64,000 nt of DNA from Octopus sinensis (lineage: Eukaryota): NCBI RefSeq assembly GCF_006345805.1, contig NC_042999.1, positions 106,578,001 to 106,642,000 on the forward strand, written 5' to 3'. Below the pieces are notes generated by a model that ran no database searches, was not told where the DNA came from, and was given only the letters and a program-made list of their open reading frames with translations. Below, piece after piece: positions 40,301 to 54,744 of this stretch. The number at the start of each line of letters is the position of its first letter. The stretch's first letter is position 1. The position numbers and the translations under genes are program-made.

Positions 40301-41658
40301 CAAATATATATATATATACATAATTACGTAAGTGTGTGTGTGTTATACACTATTATGGTCTGATTTTTTTAAAATTCAGAATGTTTATTTCTCACTTTCA
40401 TTTCAAGATATATATTTATTATTCTTTCTGGCATACGTATGTAAAGTAGTTCTTTAAAATGTATTCAGTTACAGCACATTATACAATATATATGAGAATT
40501 TTCAAATTAACACCTTGGAAAGAAGCAGTAAGTTGATATTTTATGTACAATATTCTCCATATACAAGGAGAATATATATATAAGAAGAAAAAAACAGAAC
40601 AGAAGATATTCAAATTTATAATATTAAATATCTGATAGCTGATAGCTGATAGCTGAACAATGTTTCATTCTTCTCAGTCAAATTATATGGCTTTGGAACT
40701 TAGATATGTTATAAACTATGAAAACCTAGATATATGATAGCACTGAAACCTAGGTGAGTGATAGCAATGAAATTAGATTGCTATTGGCTTTAAAATATTG
40801 GAGAATATCTACTTGACAGCTCTAAGTTCTCCTTAATATAATTGTGTAATGTTTTCCATGTTATTTTCTCTATGTGTTGCATTTATTCCCTTCATACTAA
40901 CGTCACTGATATAATTGTTTCACAAATTTTAACATTTCTATATATTGATTGAGTATTTTATTCTTATATGTTCTTTCGTTTTACAAGTAATTATAGGAGC
41001 CGAGAATCTTTGCTCGAATCATACCCTACAATCACATTCGATAACAAACACATTCGATAACGTACTTCTGCATATTTGTAAAATACATGATGGTCACAAC
41101 TGGAACGCCTTTAGTCATAAAGCTGTTCGATCGAAACTGACATTGGTTTAATAAACAAAAGCAATTAATCAAGTAGAATTAGTTGTATGTATGGGTGAAG
41201 ATACAAGCAGAAGTAGGATAAACTGCCTTACCGGGTGACTCCTGAATTTAATTGCGGCAAGGGTGTTTGGAGATTTCACTAACGCCTGACGTACTCATTT
41301 TTAATAGAAACATGTTTTTCTACTGATATAACTAAACATTAGAAGCATTCAATTCTGACAAATCAAAATAAGCTAATGCAATTATTGTTCTTGTCACCAT
41401 CAACCTCTTGTAGTGTTGCAAATATACTCATATCTGCCAAGTGGTACAGTTATGGACAATTTGTTATGAAGTGATTTATTATATAGTGTGCCAGCGGCTT
41501 TCTGAAGATTTGTATTTCCAATTTTCGCAAAAGATTTTTTGCATCCCTGTTTTGATTAGCCACAGATCATCCCTCGTTGAATTAAGTATCATTTCAAGCG
41601 TGAACGACTCGTATTTTTTAAGAATATGTATTCAATAATAATAATAATAATAATAATA

Positions 41659-41700
<42 letters not shown>

Positions 41701-41701
<1 letters not shown>

Positions 41702-42510
41702 GAACGCTAAGACAGATACAGAAGACCGGTGGCTATGAATAAGGAGGAGTGACCTGAAGATAGAGTCAGAATCACTTATATGTGCAGCTCAAGAAACAGC
41801 GTTAAGGACTAACTATGTGACGTGCGGAATCGACAACACTGCCAATAGCAACAAATGCAGAATGTGTGGTGAGAGGGGTGAAACGGTATGGCACGTCATT
41901 AGCGAATACCCGAAATTGACACAACGCGAATACAAAAGACGACATGACAATGTGGCAACAATGATCCATTGTCAGCTCTGTGGAAATCACAGCCTACAAA
42001 GAGCAAAGACGTGGTATGAGGAAAAAACCCAGAAGAAGTCACCGAGAACGAAAATTGAAAACTCCTATGGGATGCAATGATTCAGTTCCATCACATGAGC
42101 AGACATCGAAAACCAGAGATTGTAGTGGTGATAAAACAAGGCGAAAGAACATGCATGATAATCGGAACAGCATGTCCCGGCGGCAATAAGATCAAAGAGA
42201 AAGAAGAAAAACTGAACAACTATGACGATTTGAAGTGGGAAATACGAAAGTTGTAGTCAATGAGGATAGTAGACATGGTACCAATAGTAATTGGTGCACT
42301 TGGAAGTATCAGCAATCAACTACCAGCATGGCTCAAATAAATTGATACAAATGTAAAGTTAGAACACCTACAAAAATCAGTATTGCTTGGAACTGCAAGA
42401 ATTCTTCGCAGGGTTATTGAAGTATGATCAGTAAACCTGCTGGCTCTGGACAGCTGACACTTTTTGTCATACTCAGCAAAATAAGCTGCGAGCTTTCATC
42501 AAATAATAGC
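41701..42510 (+). mobile_element. R4/Dong-clade LINE 3' fragment (CCHC knuckle and restriction-like endonuclease)
   Basis: SLICAAQETALRTNY..KCRMCGERGETVWHVISEYPKLTQREYKRRHDNVA..LLWDAMIQ..RKPEIVVV..VPIVIGALG..LQKSVLLGTARILRRV. Confidence 0.93.
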
Positions 42511-42524
42511 AATGATAATAATAA

Positions 42525-43000
42525 ATGCTCTGATGCAGTACTAGGGAATGGCCCTCTTGGCTTCTACTCTTAAGTGATTGGAAATGTTATCATGTACAAT
42601 GTTTTGTCTTGGTATAAAAGATGTGCAACAGCAAATATTCTGCTCAATACCACAGATTTGCTTGTCAGTTGTTTGGCCTTAACCAGTTGAGTATGTCCCT
42701 TTGTGGGTGACGACATGTGCATCTCTGATCATGAACAGAAGTAGTGGGAAAGCATTATAGCTATGCATTGAAAGGAATTATTTGGGGTTATGATAAATCA
42801 CCTATGGAAACATGGGTGTTTCGTTCAACATCCTTAAACAACCCTTATTCAAGGACCTTTTGAGCGGATGGGATACTCGACTAGAAGAAATTCTAACTGG
42901 GCCTCAACTGCAAGGTCATGCCCTGTTTATCGTGATATAAGATCACCATGTGGAAGGCACGCTTGATGCCGAAGTATCGTTCAATTTCGCATGACAACTA
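42525..43000 (+). repeat. Non-coding interspersed repeat; second copy inverted at about 54890-55240
   Basis: 'ttgtcttggtataaaagatg...cagcaaatattctgctcaatac..cagatttgcttg...atgtgcatctctga...cagaagtagtg' is the reverse complement of the 54890-55240 segment. Confidence 0.85.
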
Positions 43001-43061
43001 TGGCACTCTTCTGTTTCTTTCTCTATAATTTCTGGAGGAGTTACCTCAGTCCTATATAATC

Positions 43062-43109
<48 letters not shown>

Positions 43110-43140
43110 TAATAATAATAATGATGATGATGATGATGAT

Positions 43141-43560
43141 GAAAAGTACGGTCTGGGAGGAGCACGGAAATGGTACGAACATGAAACAGTGGGCCTCACT
43201 GAGAACAATTAATATAAAATCCTGTGAGATTTTGTAATTGATGCTCGGAGATCAGATATTGGTCAGATTGATAAAAGAAAAAAAAGGAAACCAAGATCAT
43301 AGATATTGTCATAACTGGGATGCATACGTAGGTGACAAAGAGCTGAAAGAGGTGGGAAAATACAAATTGCTAAAAACGAAATTACAAGAATGTAGACCAT
43401 GAGGAGAGTAATAGTTTTCCCAGTAATTGCAGGGGCACCCAGAACACTTACAAACAAGTTCAAGAAATTTGTCGGAAAATTAAAATAAGGCTGTGAATGC
43501 CCCCCCCCCGAAACTGTTCTATTGGGTACAGCTAAGATTGGGTTCTTCGGCTTGTGTGGC
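43141..43560 (+). mobile_element. R4/Dong LINE 3' fragment, heavily degraded
   Basis: KYGLGGARKWYEHE..., IDARRSDI.QIDK, FPVIAGA and ETVLLGTAKI motifs. Confidence 0.8.
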
Positions 43561-44537
43561 ATGGTTCAGAATCATGTTGCTAGACATAGGGTCTTCCAGC
43601 AGCCAGCCTCTTGACCCAGGGCAGCACTACCTCCTCCAAGCACTAGAAGCATGCCTCCGTGTAGTCTGAGGCCGATGAGAAGATTAACAGAGACATAACG
43701 TTGCCATCACTAGCGGTCACTCCAAACACCGTGATGTTGACTAGATGTTTGATTTTTATCACTCTCGGCACATATCCTCAGATTGCACCGTCCTTTGACA
43801 CCCGAACACGCTGAAATGTTCGTATTGGAGCCTCCGGCGCAAATACCAAGCAGTACAGCATGTCATTTCCAAATTTTTGACAGAGTGAATTGCGTCATGG
43901 TGTTATTTTTCTCTACTATACTCTGTAGTCGACAAAATCAAAATCACACTAAGCGCATGCGCGAAATTAAAAATATAAAATAGCGACAACTTACCAATTG
44001 CAACCTGTATATGTGTGTGTCTATATATATGTATATATACGCACACACAGATTGAAACACAGACACACAGACAGACAGAGACAGAGAAGGTAACTATAGA
44101 TGATGCATATTTTCTCTAACATATCTCAAGTACACCTTTTCGAAAATGTATTTTATTATACAGATTAAACAAGGTAAAACTAGTATCAGTTTTACTTATT
44201 TTATTCAGAATGTCAACCGTAAATATTTTACCACTGAATCATGTTTTTCTTATCATTGTTGTAAACTACACAATTTTTATTTATTTACTTCGGTCATTAA
44301 ATTTTGAGATGAGGTGTGGTGGAGATTTGTTCGTGAAAATCGGCGGAGTGTCTGACAAATGCTTTGTGCTACATACTTATAGCATTTTTATTCACACTCC
44401 AAATATCATCGAGGCCAAGCGGCTTCAAATAATTGAAAAGGAAAGGGAAATAAACTATATTGAACTTTATGTATATAGATGACGTATCGATGAACAGATC
44501 ACACAGAATCGTATACAATTATTTATGTATATTTCAG

Positions 44538-44586
44538 AATTTGTGATAGTCAAACTATTACTAACCAATGCCACGAATCTAGCACT
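44538..44586 (+). CDS. Candidate exon xICDSQTITNQCHESST (phase 2 to 0; a second frame is also open)
   Basis: Acceptor 'atttatgtatatttcag', donor 'ACT/gtaagg'; phase-compatible with 31960-32029. Confidence 0.25.
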
Positions 44587-44715
44587 GTAAGGTGCTCATT
44601 CTTTCATGAATTTTGCAAGCAAGCAACGATTCCTGACAGCTGTAAGAATATGAAGACATTTGTTGACAAATAAATATTAATTATGGTAAATTGTGCAAGG
44701 ACTCGAATGCATAGC

Positions 44716-44760
<45 letters not shown>

Positions 44761-46974
44761 AGTGTGTGTGTGTATGTGTGTGTATGTGTGTGTCTTAATA
44801 TCAGGCATCTGTAGTTAAATTGCAAGGAAATGAAATATTATTTGACACAAATGCAAAGAATGGAATATATACAATAGGAAAAACAGCAAATATCTATTGA
44901 GAGATACATTTAGTTATGAAGATTTATTAAAATCATATTAAGTGATTAATACATGCGACATGCTTCGTCACCAGAAGCCCCACAAAAACAAAGGAAAGCA
45001 ATCGTATACACATAGAAATACATATATATATAAAGAAATCTTACAAACAACGTATAATAATATTTATATATATACATCCTCATACATCTCTGAAACGAGA
45101 TAAAGCGCCTATTAAAGAATTCTCCGAAATTTTGATTACCGCCTTCTTCATATATACAATTTGTACACCACTTCAACATGCATACATACATACGTACGTA
45201 CGTGTGTGTGTGTGCGCGCGCGCGTGTGATTGCGTGTGCGTGATTGCGTGTGCGTGTGTGTGTGATTGCGTGTGTGTGTGTGTGTGTGATTGTGTGTGCG
45301 CGCGCGCGCGTGTGTGTGTATCAAGGGCATGCAAGCTTATAGTATAGTTCAATGTCGTAGCTGCCGGTGACAAATCTGCCACGTTGAAGCAAGTTCTACG
45401 CTATCTAACGACATGTCATCAAATGTTTTCGGACGGGCGAGGAAAATCGATACGTTCGGGCATTTAGGAAAAAAAATAATAGAAAAACACAGATTAGTAA
45501 ATATATTAACGCAAACAATGTATTGAATAGCAAACTACAAGAAGTTGGCTTCCAAACACGTGGATAGTTTAGCAATATAAGTAACGTTTCTGTCAGGTTG
45601 CAATTATGACGTATTAATTGGATTAAACAGCTCTGAATAACGTTTTAACTTTGAATATCGTTTTAACACCTGGTTATCTTAGGGCATAACTAAAATTATT
45701 TTGATTTGAACATACACATACACAAAAGCACATAAATATACATATACAACGGCGGTGCATCAGCATGGCCGCAGCTCTGAGCTGAAACTAAAAAAAAAAA
45801 AAAAACCAGAACCACTGCCGTACAGGCACACATGCACAGACACGGCACAAATTCATTTATACGCACACATCAACACACTAACTGGAATAGAGGTACACAA
45901 ACACTTAGCAATGCTTCAATTTTAAATAAAATACTATAACAAACATAAATGTATATATGCGCATATGAAAGAATGACACAGAGATCGAGTGGGGGTACAG
46001 AGTGGCATACAGACACATAGAAAAGAAGTGGGCGAAAAAAGTGAAAGTGATTTCGTATGCGTGTGTTTATGTTTGTGTGTATGCTTAAGTACATATGAGT
46101 GTGTGTGAAGGAATTTCTGGTGATGTTCTGGTATTATTCTGAGGTAAAATAACAGAGGTAGGTAGATTCCAATGAGCTTCTCTGTTATATCTATTCCTTT
46201 GTGCTACCACTGTTTTAATGAATTTCATAAACATACAATAAAATAATATACATGCATGCATACACATCATATATACATACATATTTGCATACAAACATCT
46301 GCACACATACATGCATATATAGATACATATATTAATAGAAATCGTATTTGATTATCATCATTATTACTATTTTTTTTTCATTTTGCTTATTTTTCTTATT
46401 ATCATTAGGTATTTATAGTTCTACAACAATATTACTGTACTCACATGGCCATTATCAGTTGATGCTCTATAGATCATACAAATGCTTTTATAGAGAGTAA
46501 TGAAAGCGATACTTAATTTAGTTCAGTGATTCTCCTGTTTAAGCAATATTTATGTCTCTCCGTGTGTGTATGCGCGCATGTGTGTGTGTGTGTGTGTGTG
46601 GTGTGTGTGTGTGTGTGTGTGTGCTTATTAATCGAAATATCAACGCAGCATATCAGAGACTAAATTCAGTTACAGATTTTCAGCCATTTTTAATAAAGAT
46701 AAGTTTAGTCTTCCTACGAATATAGATTGTGCTGCAAGACCAGAGAGTTTTCAGCAATCATGGTGAAACATGGGATTGCCTACTTTAGAATGTAGTTAAA
46801 ACCATCAAATATGCACTGCTCGGTAAACATAACTTAAGTTTCTCGTTTTCTTTTTTCTTCTGTTTGGTCCTAGATATTTCTATTACATTTACTCTGCGAT
46901 AAGAAGAAATTAATCGAATCCTGACTAAATTTTATGAAAGCTGAATTTGGACGTTTTTGTTTATCCAAAAGCTT

Positions 46975-47250
46975 AAGCGATGTTAAACATTGATGTAAGT
47001 ATTGATTTAATACTAAGACATACATACATATTGAGAAAGTTGCAGTTGTTCTATCCAGATTACAAGTTTAGGCTTATACCTGTAATTAATAGGGCCCTTG
47101 GAAATATAACACACTGCCTAAATACTAATCTTGAGAAATTAAGCTTCTCAAGACCAGAAAGGAGAAAGCTAATTCGTAGTCTACAGATCCAGTCCATCAC
47201 GGGAACTGTAACAATCTGTAGAACTTTTCAGAAGTTTATCATTTAAATAT
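46975..47250 (+). mobile_element. R4/Dong LINE extreme 3' end
   Basis: LRKLQLFYPDYKFRLIPVINRALG...LIRSLQIQSITGTVTICRTFQKF resembles the REL C-terminus (PIIIGALG...LQ..SI.GT.KI.KTF). Confidence 0.75.
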
Positions 47251-47743
47251 ATATGAGCATGTCTAGATATGCAACTATACTCATGAGAATACATACATGA
47301 AGCAAAACATAAAAATCTGCACACATACATACATACATACATACATACATACATACATACATACATACATACATACATACATACATACATACATGATGGC
47401 TTTGGGGTTGAAGATTCACCTGAGTCGTAATATGAATTGTGGTTTCAAATGTTTTGACTAATATATCAAAAATTACCATACCGATTTCAAAAAGTTCTTT
47501 TGTTGTTGTTCTTCTTCTTCAATTGTAAACAAAAATGGGTAAGAGAGATCGAATCTACAAGAAAACATTTGGTAAACCATACTCAAAGTATCAAATGTTT
47601 ATACAAATTCCTATTTTCGTTAAATTTCGCTATAATACAAATAATCAAACAATAAAGGCTTTTTCCATGTATAAATATATGTGCGCGCGCGTGTGTATGC
47701 ATGGAGAAAAGAAGCTTTATTATTTTATTATTTCATTATTTTT

Positions 47744-47777
<34 letters not shown>

Positions 47778-47855
47778 TCATTCCAATGTTCTTCTCTCTT
47801 TGTAGATCACTTTATACTACAGCGGTTAAATTCGTATCGATTTTACTCTTTCAAA

Positions 47856-48810
47856 ATGAGATTAGATCAAATTCATATCTCACATTACGTGCTGTATAAA
47901 TTTAAAAGTTCTTCAGCAATGGAAGCGCCGAGGATTATTTTTTCTGTCTATGGAAACGAGGCTTTAAGTGACCGGACACGCCAAACATGGTTTGGCCAGT
48001 TTCGCTAAGATAGGTTTTCCCTCACAGATTCCTTTCGATTTAAATGACCAAGTGCTGTCAATTTCAATATTCTATTATAAGCCGAAGTTTATAGAATTTC
48101 AATAAGGACAAAGTTTCGATTTTAATAAGAAAATTTAAAGTGTGTGGTAATTAGCAGAACAGTTTCGTTCAAGTTACATTTCGATCATAAAACACATATA
48201 TAGACTACAAAAGGTTTATGTATAAACTCAGCTTTATCAAAAAGCTGACCTCTCCTCAACATTAAGGGGAAGACATGCAACTGATTCTTTCCTTATAGAA
48301 TCATTACAAGTGATGAAATAGGTTTTCTGTAATTATATCAAACGATAATGAGCATGGAATTGCACCTAGAAAGTTCCCCTTCGAGGCACAAATTCCGAGC
48401 AAGGCTTTTTGAGCAAGTCCAGTGGTTGCTCATGCATACTTGCCCCCCCTCCCCACACCACTGATGTTGCCCAAGTGAAAGGCAAGGGCCTATACAGCTT
48501 GGAACCAATAACGTCGCAACTCATTTGAGTGAACTGGAGCAACGTGAAATAAAGTGTTTTACTCAAAAAAATCGCACAACCCGGTCCAGGAATCCAACTC
48601 GCAATCTCACGATTACAAGCCCCACGCTCTATCCACTGAAGCAATGAAAAAGAAGAACCCTTCCCCGGACGACACACGAAAAATTAGACTGTGCTTGGTG
48701 GGATACGAAGGTAGTTGTCTATCATGAAGTGTTAAGTCCAAACGAAATTAATTTGAATTATTGTCGTCAATAGGAATCATTGCACAGAAATGTGCAGAAC
48801 AGAGCCTCTC
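47856..48810 (+). mobile_element. Mariner (DD34D-type) transposase pseudogene interrupted by a SINE
   Basis: MRLDQIHISHYVLYKF..SAMEAPRIIFSVYGNEALSDRTRQTWFGQFR (HTH region), RIITSDE (first catalytic Asp) at about 48298, and CAWWDTKVVVYHEVLSPNE at about 48690. Confidence 0.88.
48374..48646 (-). mobile_element. tRNA-derived SINE inserted in the mariner remnant
   Basis: Minus strand 'cttcagtggatagagcgtggggcttgtaatcgtgagattgcgagttggattcctggaccggg...cactttatttcacgttgctccagttcactca'. Confidence 0.8.
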
Positions 48811-49482
48811 ACAGGTCATATTTTGTCCTACAATTAACCTATGCATGAACAAAACAACCAATACTTTTGAAAACTAATATCAAATGTAAATAAAAACAAT
48901 GCATTCAGATAGAAAAGAAACAATGAAAATATGCAGTACGACGTCTAATACATTCTTTGCGAAGAAGAGCTATTGTTAATGTTTTAATGCTTATGTTATA
49001 GCTTAACAAATACATAGTAGTTGACATATATCTGCAAATTCTCAGTGTAAAACATAGAACTTTACCAAACTCTTGTTTACTATCATCTACTCTAGCTTGA
49101 CCACGAAAACTTAATATATTCTGAAGCACAAGTTCTTTTGCTTCACTGTGATTATTATTTTATTATATTGAAAATATAACATCAATAAACAGATTGAAGT
49201 ATACTGAATATTGTATTTTTATATACTTGCTTCAGTGAAAGTCACTCTATTCTGTGATCTTCTTTAACGCGTGTTGCAATTATTGGCCTGCAACGTTACT
49301 GAAGTATTGCCTTCGAGGATCTTAGTTGATTTTATCAATCACACTAATTGAGGTGGTATGCATTTCCACTGTCTTCTTAAGGGGAAAAATATCAAAGTAG
49401 ACCATGTGTGTGTGTGTGTGTGTATGTGTGTGTGTGTGCGTGTGTTTGTGTCTCTGTGTGTATGCATGTATGTATGTATTTG

Positions 49483-49525
<43 letters not shown>

Positions 49526-50399
49526 GTTCACAGGCGCACAAAATTATGTGTATGCATATGTGAGTAAACACACTCATGCTTTTGACAATATTCAGAGCGT
49601 ACATAAAATGCAAAATTAAGAATAGTCTCAAAGTCTTAGTGTTTTCCAAATATTTTTCTGTGCTTGATTGGTCAAATAAGTTAGACAATCTATAATATTT
49701 ACATATTCTTGGAAGAGTATTGAATATGAAATATATTTGTTTTTAACATTACTAACTGCATCATGTACAAATAGTCTTTTTAATTTTTATTTTCTTTACG
49801 TATAAACATGCTGAAAATCTTTTTTAAACTTTCAATTCTAGGATATCAACATTTATATCCTCTGGAATTGTATTGTATTCTACTTCATTGTTAAACAAAG
49901 TGAAAATATTGAATGTTTATTTTTGAGTGTTTTCATTTTAAATAGTTCAAGAAATTTTCTACCATTCTTCATAACTAAAATTGCATTAAAAAAATAGATG
50001 CTAAAACAAATATATAAACATATACATAACTACAAATATTTCTGCTATTGTTAATGGTACAAATGATTTTCTAATCTAGTTGATGCTTGAATTTGTTTTT
50101 GCGATAAAATATTCATAAAAGTTAGGTTTATCGCTAAGATATCTCACCATGCATTTCCGCAAAAGCTACAATTGCCATAAGCCGATATCATCCATCAGTT
50201 GACACATGTACGCAGTGAAAGGAATTAACACCAGTATATTCAAGTTTCTTGAATCAATAGGCACTAAAAGAATACAGTGCAATATTGATCGATTCAGATC
50301 GATTCTAATTCAGACAGTAGTGTATGAAAAAATCTAATTTGATATCATTTGCATAAAATCCATTACAACAATATTTATATCTAATATCGACAGAATGCC

Positions 50400-51290
50400 T
50401 CAAATTTGGAAGAAGGATTTCATTGACATCATCGATTTCCATGACTTGGCTACTACTTTATTTTATTGATATCCAGATATAAAGAAGGAAAACAAGGTTG
50501 ACCTCATCAGTATATGAACTCAAAACGTAGAGATGGAACAAATACTACAAAGTATTTTATCTGTTATTAAGTTAACTGATTCTGTTAATGAATTACCTTA
50601 ACCATCACAAGAATAATAATTATTGTTTCAACTTTAGGCATACAGCTAACAGCTTTAACGGAAGGAATTAGTCGATATCTTCAAGCCCAGTACAAGTCTG
50701 GTAATTTATGTTTTCGATTCCGGAAGAAAGAAAGACAAAGTTGACCTGGCAGTATAAAAACCGTAGAGAAGAATGACTCAAAGTATTGTATCTAATGCTC
50801 TAATTATTCTACCAAATCACCATTTTACCAATATTTATAGTAATGGTTACAAGTTTAGCACAAGACCAGTAATTTGAGGAGAGGCTCAGTTCATTTTAAT
50901 GACCCAATGCTCAAATGGGGTCATTATATTTATAATTTATATTATCGATTCCGTATGGATTAAATGGAAATCCGACCTCATGAAATTTGAATTCAGAAGG
51001 TAATGTCGGAAGAAAGATATTTGGCCGGTGCAGTAAATATCCCGCCAGTTTGCTGCCCTAAACTTAATCAAAAGGATAACTCTTTCAAATTTTGGCATAA
51101 GGCCACTAATTCTAGGAAAGCGTTTAATCGATTAGATCGCTGTGAGTACTCGACTGGTACTTATTTTATCGACCACTAAATGATGGGAAGCATAATTAGT
51201 TTCGGCGAAATTTAAACTCGGAACATAAAAACAGATACAAAGTCACTAAGCATCTTAGCAAGCGTGCCAACTCCCCGCCGTTGTTTACAA
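50400..51290 (+). mobile_element. Cluster of old family-A SINE fragments
   Basis: Repeated degenerate 'aaatttgg...gtcgat...ccagtac..gactggtacttattttatcgacc...aaagttgacct.ggc' motifs (reverse orientation of the family-A consensus). Confidence 0.7.
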
Positions 51291-52844
51291 TAATGATAAT
51301 GGCTGTAGCGAGAAATATTTTTATGTTATCGCGTCCGAACTTAACTGTTTAATTTTATTGTACTTACATCATTCCTTCCAATGCAAAGGACATGGTTAAG
51401 TGTAACGAAACTTCGTATATTTAATTGAACTGAATTATTTTTTCTAAATATCACCATTATACGTATTTATACTCCGGTGAAATTAAAAAATCAGCTCATA
51501 AATAAACGAAGTCCTCGAATCCATCACTGTACACACACACACGCACATACACACACACACACATGCACACACACAGAATGGTATATGTATGTATGTATGT
51601 GTGTATGTATGCATGTATGTATGTATGTATGCATGTATGCATGTATGTATGTATGTATGTATGTATGTATGTATGTATGTATGTATCCATACGTCTCTAC
51701 ACGCATAGATACACCATGATCTATACACACACAGACGAGAGTCGATTCATATGAAAAAAAAGTGAACAAAATAATATGATCACTTGCTTATGGGGAAATT
51801 TGTAAGTTCGATTTCAATATTTTTAAAAAATATAATCAAATGAAATGTTCGTCATTTTGAGCCACTCACCCAATGAGTATTTCTGTATATTGTGGTAGAT
51901 ATCCGTTAAGCCGTTATCCAATAATTTTGATGACAAACAGACAAAGACTAGTAATTACGATACCCTGCTTACGCTTATTCATGCAAGGTAATTAAAGTCC
52001 TCGTATAATTTATCTGTAGACTTTCCCCACTCCATACAAAGATTTTTTGGAAACAACATCCAGTCTCTCAATTAATTTATTTTAATACAAGAACACACCA
52101 CACCAATATATTTTATTAGATTGATAGCGAAACCATTTTCGAGTCAAGATTGACAACATTAAATTTCCAATACCCATTTATGTAGTCTCATTAATCAGCA
52201 TTTTTGTGGAAATATTCTGTTATCTAAACAATGGAAAACTAGCTATAAAGTATTATGTCTAAGTATCACACGTATTTCCTCCTACTCATATTGGACAATT
52301 TTTTCTGTGAAGTGTTTTTGTTAAGCTCGAAAAGTATTAACAATAATTCATCACAGACATTTAGGCATTTCACTTTTAAGGTTATGATTTTTTAAAATAA
52401 AAGTTATATCAAAATCTACCATGAAGACAATAAAGATATCCTGTTTAAATGACAGCTTTGATGGCTCACACTAATTAAAGTCAACAACTTTTTGTGAAAT
52501 AGATAACATAATTTTGAGTATGATACTGTAATTAAAGAATCTAAAGGTTAAGTGAGAATAAACTGAATTTTATTAATTTTGCTATCTTTTTTCTAAATAT
52601 AAACATTATATGATTATGTCTATCAATATTGGTTTTTATTATGTAATTATTTTCTCGCAAAATTAATAAAGAATTTGTTAAATAGCCTTTTAGACATAAT
52701 GTCTCCGAATACAAAATAACAAAGACTCTGGAGTAGACCCTGAAGAAAATTGCTGAACTGACAGCAGTACTCGAGAGCTGGACAAGCTGCCTGGCGATAT
52801 TGATTTACTACCCATGATGATCTTAACGTCATTCTTTCTTTCAG

Positions 52845-52895
52845 ATTTCTGTATAGCTAAATATTATTCAAGCACTCCAAACGATATAATTTACT
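52845..52895 (+). CDS. Candidate exon xFCIAKYYSSTPNDIIY, phase 1 to 1
   Basis: Acceptor 'cattctttctttcag', donor 'ACT/gtatgt'; single open frame. Confidence 0.35.
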
Positions 52896-53508
52896 GTATG
52901 TTCTTCAAATATCTGTCACATTTTGTCTATGTTAAAAACTAATATTTTATTATAAATTTTTCCTGCAAGTACATTACAAAACTGAGATTATGATTTCAAA
53001 ACAGCCAAACATAATATCATTTCAAAGTATAGATATCTTTGTATTTATTCATGTTTGTATTATCTACTTTTTCTACTTCCATCTTTCTTATAAAACCAGT
53101 TATATACACAAACAGTAATTCCTCTAGAATATGAAATCGTCAGAAATGTCGTTAGTAAATAACAAGCCTAGAAAGAAATTCATATGAGAATATAAAGCTT
53201 CTAATAAGACAAAATTTCAGCCCAGTCGTATTTCGAACTTACCCCATGTACATGCACATATAGATAAAGATATGTGTGTATGCCTGCCTGTATGTCTACC
53301 GACTGTGTGCGTGTATGTGTGTGTGTATAGAGAGAAGGGGGATATACACATAACAATACAAATAAAAATATAATTACATATCGTAATAAAGAAACCGTAA
53401 TGTATGCTTCCAAGCATATTAATAGAAATAAAAATTATAACCCTTAAGATGCGCGCCTTCAAAATAACAACACGTGCTAAGTTGAGTGTAGTGGTAAAGG
53501 TAACGTTC

Positions 53509-53559
<51 letters not shown>

Positions 53560-53562
<3 letters not shown>

Positions 53563-53902
53563 GTAATAATAATCCTTTCTTTATTGGCCACAATGGCCGA
53601 ACACAAAAACATTTACGGACAATACAAAACAAGGGACAAATGGAGTTTAAAAAAGAAAACGTATAAACAATAAAGAAAAGCAAAAACAGTTAAAAAATTA
53701 TACAACAAAATTCCCCGATGGTGGGAGTCCCACCCAGGGACAACAGGGTACCCCACACATTCTGGTCACTTCGATTGCCAAGGAAACGCCAGGTAGGCAC
53801 CCCTCTTCCCTTCAGTTGCACCGGCCCATGCACACGAGCCATTTTCGCAACATTCACCCACATCTGAACAAACTTACTGGTGGGCAATACTTCCCTCTCC
53901 AT
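53560..53902 (-). mobile_element. Tx1/L1-type LINE 3' end with AATAAA and (TAT)n tail
   Basis: ORF tail EREVLPTSKFVQMWVNVAKMARVHG, then a UTR ending 'gtggccaataaaagaaaggattattactattatt'. Confidence 0.6.
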
Positions 53903-53904
53903 AG

Positions 53905-54065
53905 GACATTAAAACAAGCAATGGGTGAGTAATTACCAACCTCATTGCCCTTTAATCGATCTTTTATCAGCAATGTCGTCTTTCCCTCGGCAATGCACTC
54001 CGGGACTGCACCACTCCGATAACAATCGAAGATATACGGGACGCGATGAAGGCCTTCGCTAGAGA
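53905..54065 (-). mobile_element. R4/Dong RT fragment, inverted relative to the adjoining 3' fragment
   Basis: GAVPECIAEGKTTLLIKDRLKGNEVGNYSPIACFNVLW matches 'P.W...G.T.LI.KD..KG....NYRPI.CL..+WK'. Confidence 0.85.
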
Positions 54066-54704
54066 GAAGTGTTTCTGAAAGCCTTTTGCAGAAAGAGTAC
54101 AGGCAAAGACACGACAAGGTAGTTCAAAACTTTCATTGGCCACTATACCGGAAGTATGGATACGAGGTAACGGGTGCTTGGTACCAACATACAACACAAA
54201 AGGTAATGGACGAAAAGGGAAAGGCAAAAATTCTCTGGGACTTTGACTTCCAGACAGACAAGGTCTTAGAGCACCAACGGCTGGATATAGCAACCTTTAG
54301 GAGGGACAACGAAGAGTGCCTAATAATCGAAGAGGCAGTGCCAGGAGGTCAACATATCATCATGAAAGAAAGAGAAATGTTTGATAAATATGAAGACCAA
54401 AGAATTGGGATCGCTAAGATGTGGTAGCTAGGAGAGTCAAACAAAAAGGCTGACCCTATTGTCATTGGAACATTAGCTTCAATACCACCCAATCTGAAAT
54501 ATCATCTGAAAATTTATAAATACCTTATAATCTAGGTGTACTGCAAATGTAGGCAATTCTTGGAACGGCACGTATATTGCGTAAAGTGCTATCTGTTTGA
54601 GGTCCTCGTCGTGACTTGAAAAACAGTGCAAACCCCCGGTAAACACAATATCTTCAATCAACAACCTCACGATACTGTATACTATGCGACGTCTTTAATA
54701 ATAC

Positions 54705-54744
<40 letters not shown>

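Noticed and set aside
44377-44422. Minus-strand mini-exon PLGLDDIWSVNKNAI resembling an ABCC transporter motif
   Set aside because: Only 15 codons, and no other ABC transporter exon is in the window; probably chance.
50145-50270. Minus-strand segment with strong acceptor and donor
   Set aside because: All three frames contain stops; at most a non-coding or pseudo-exon.
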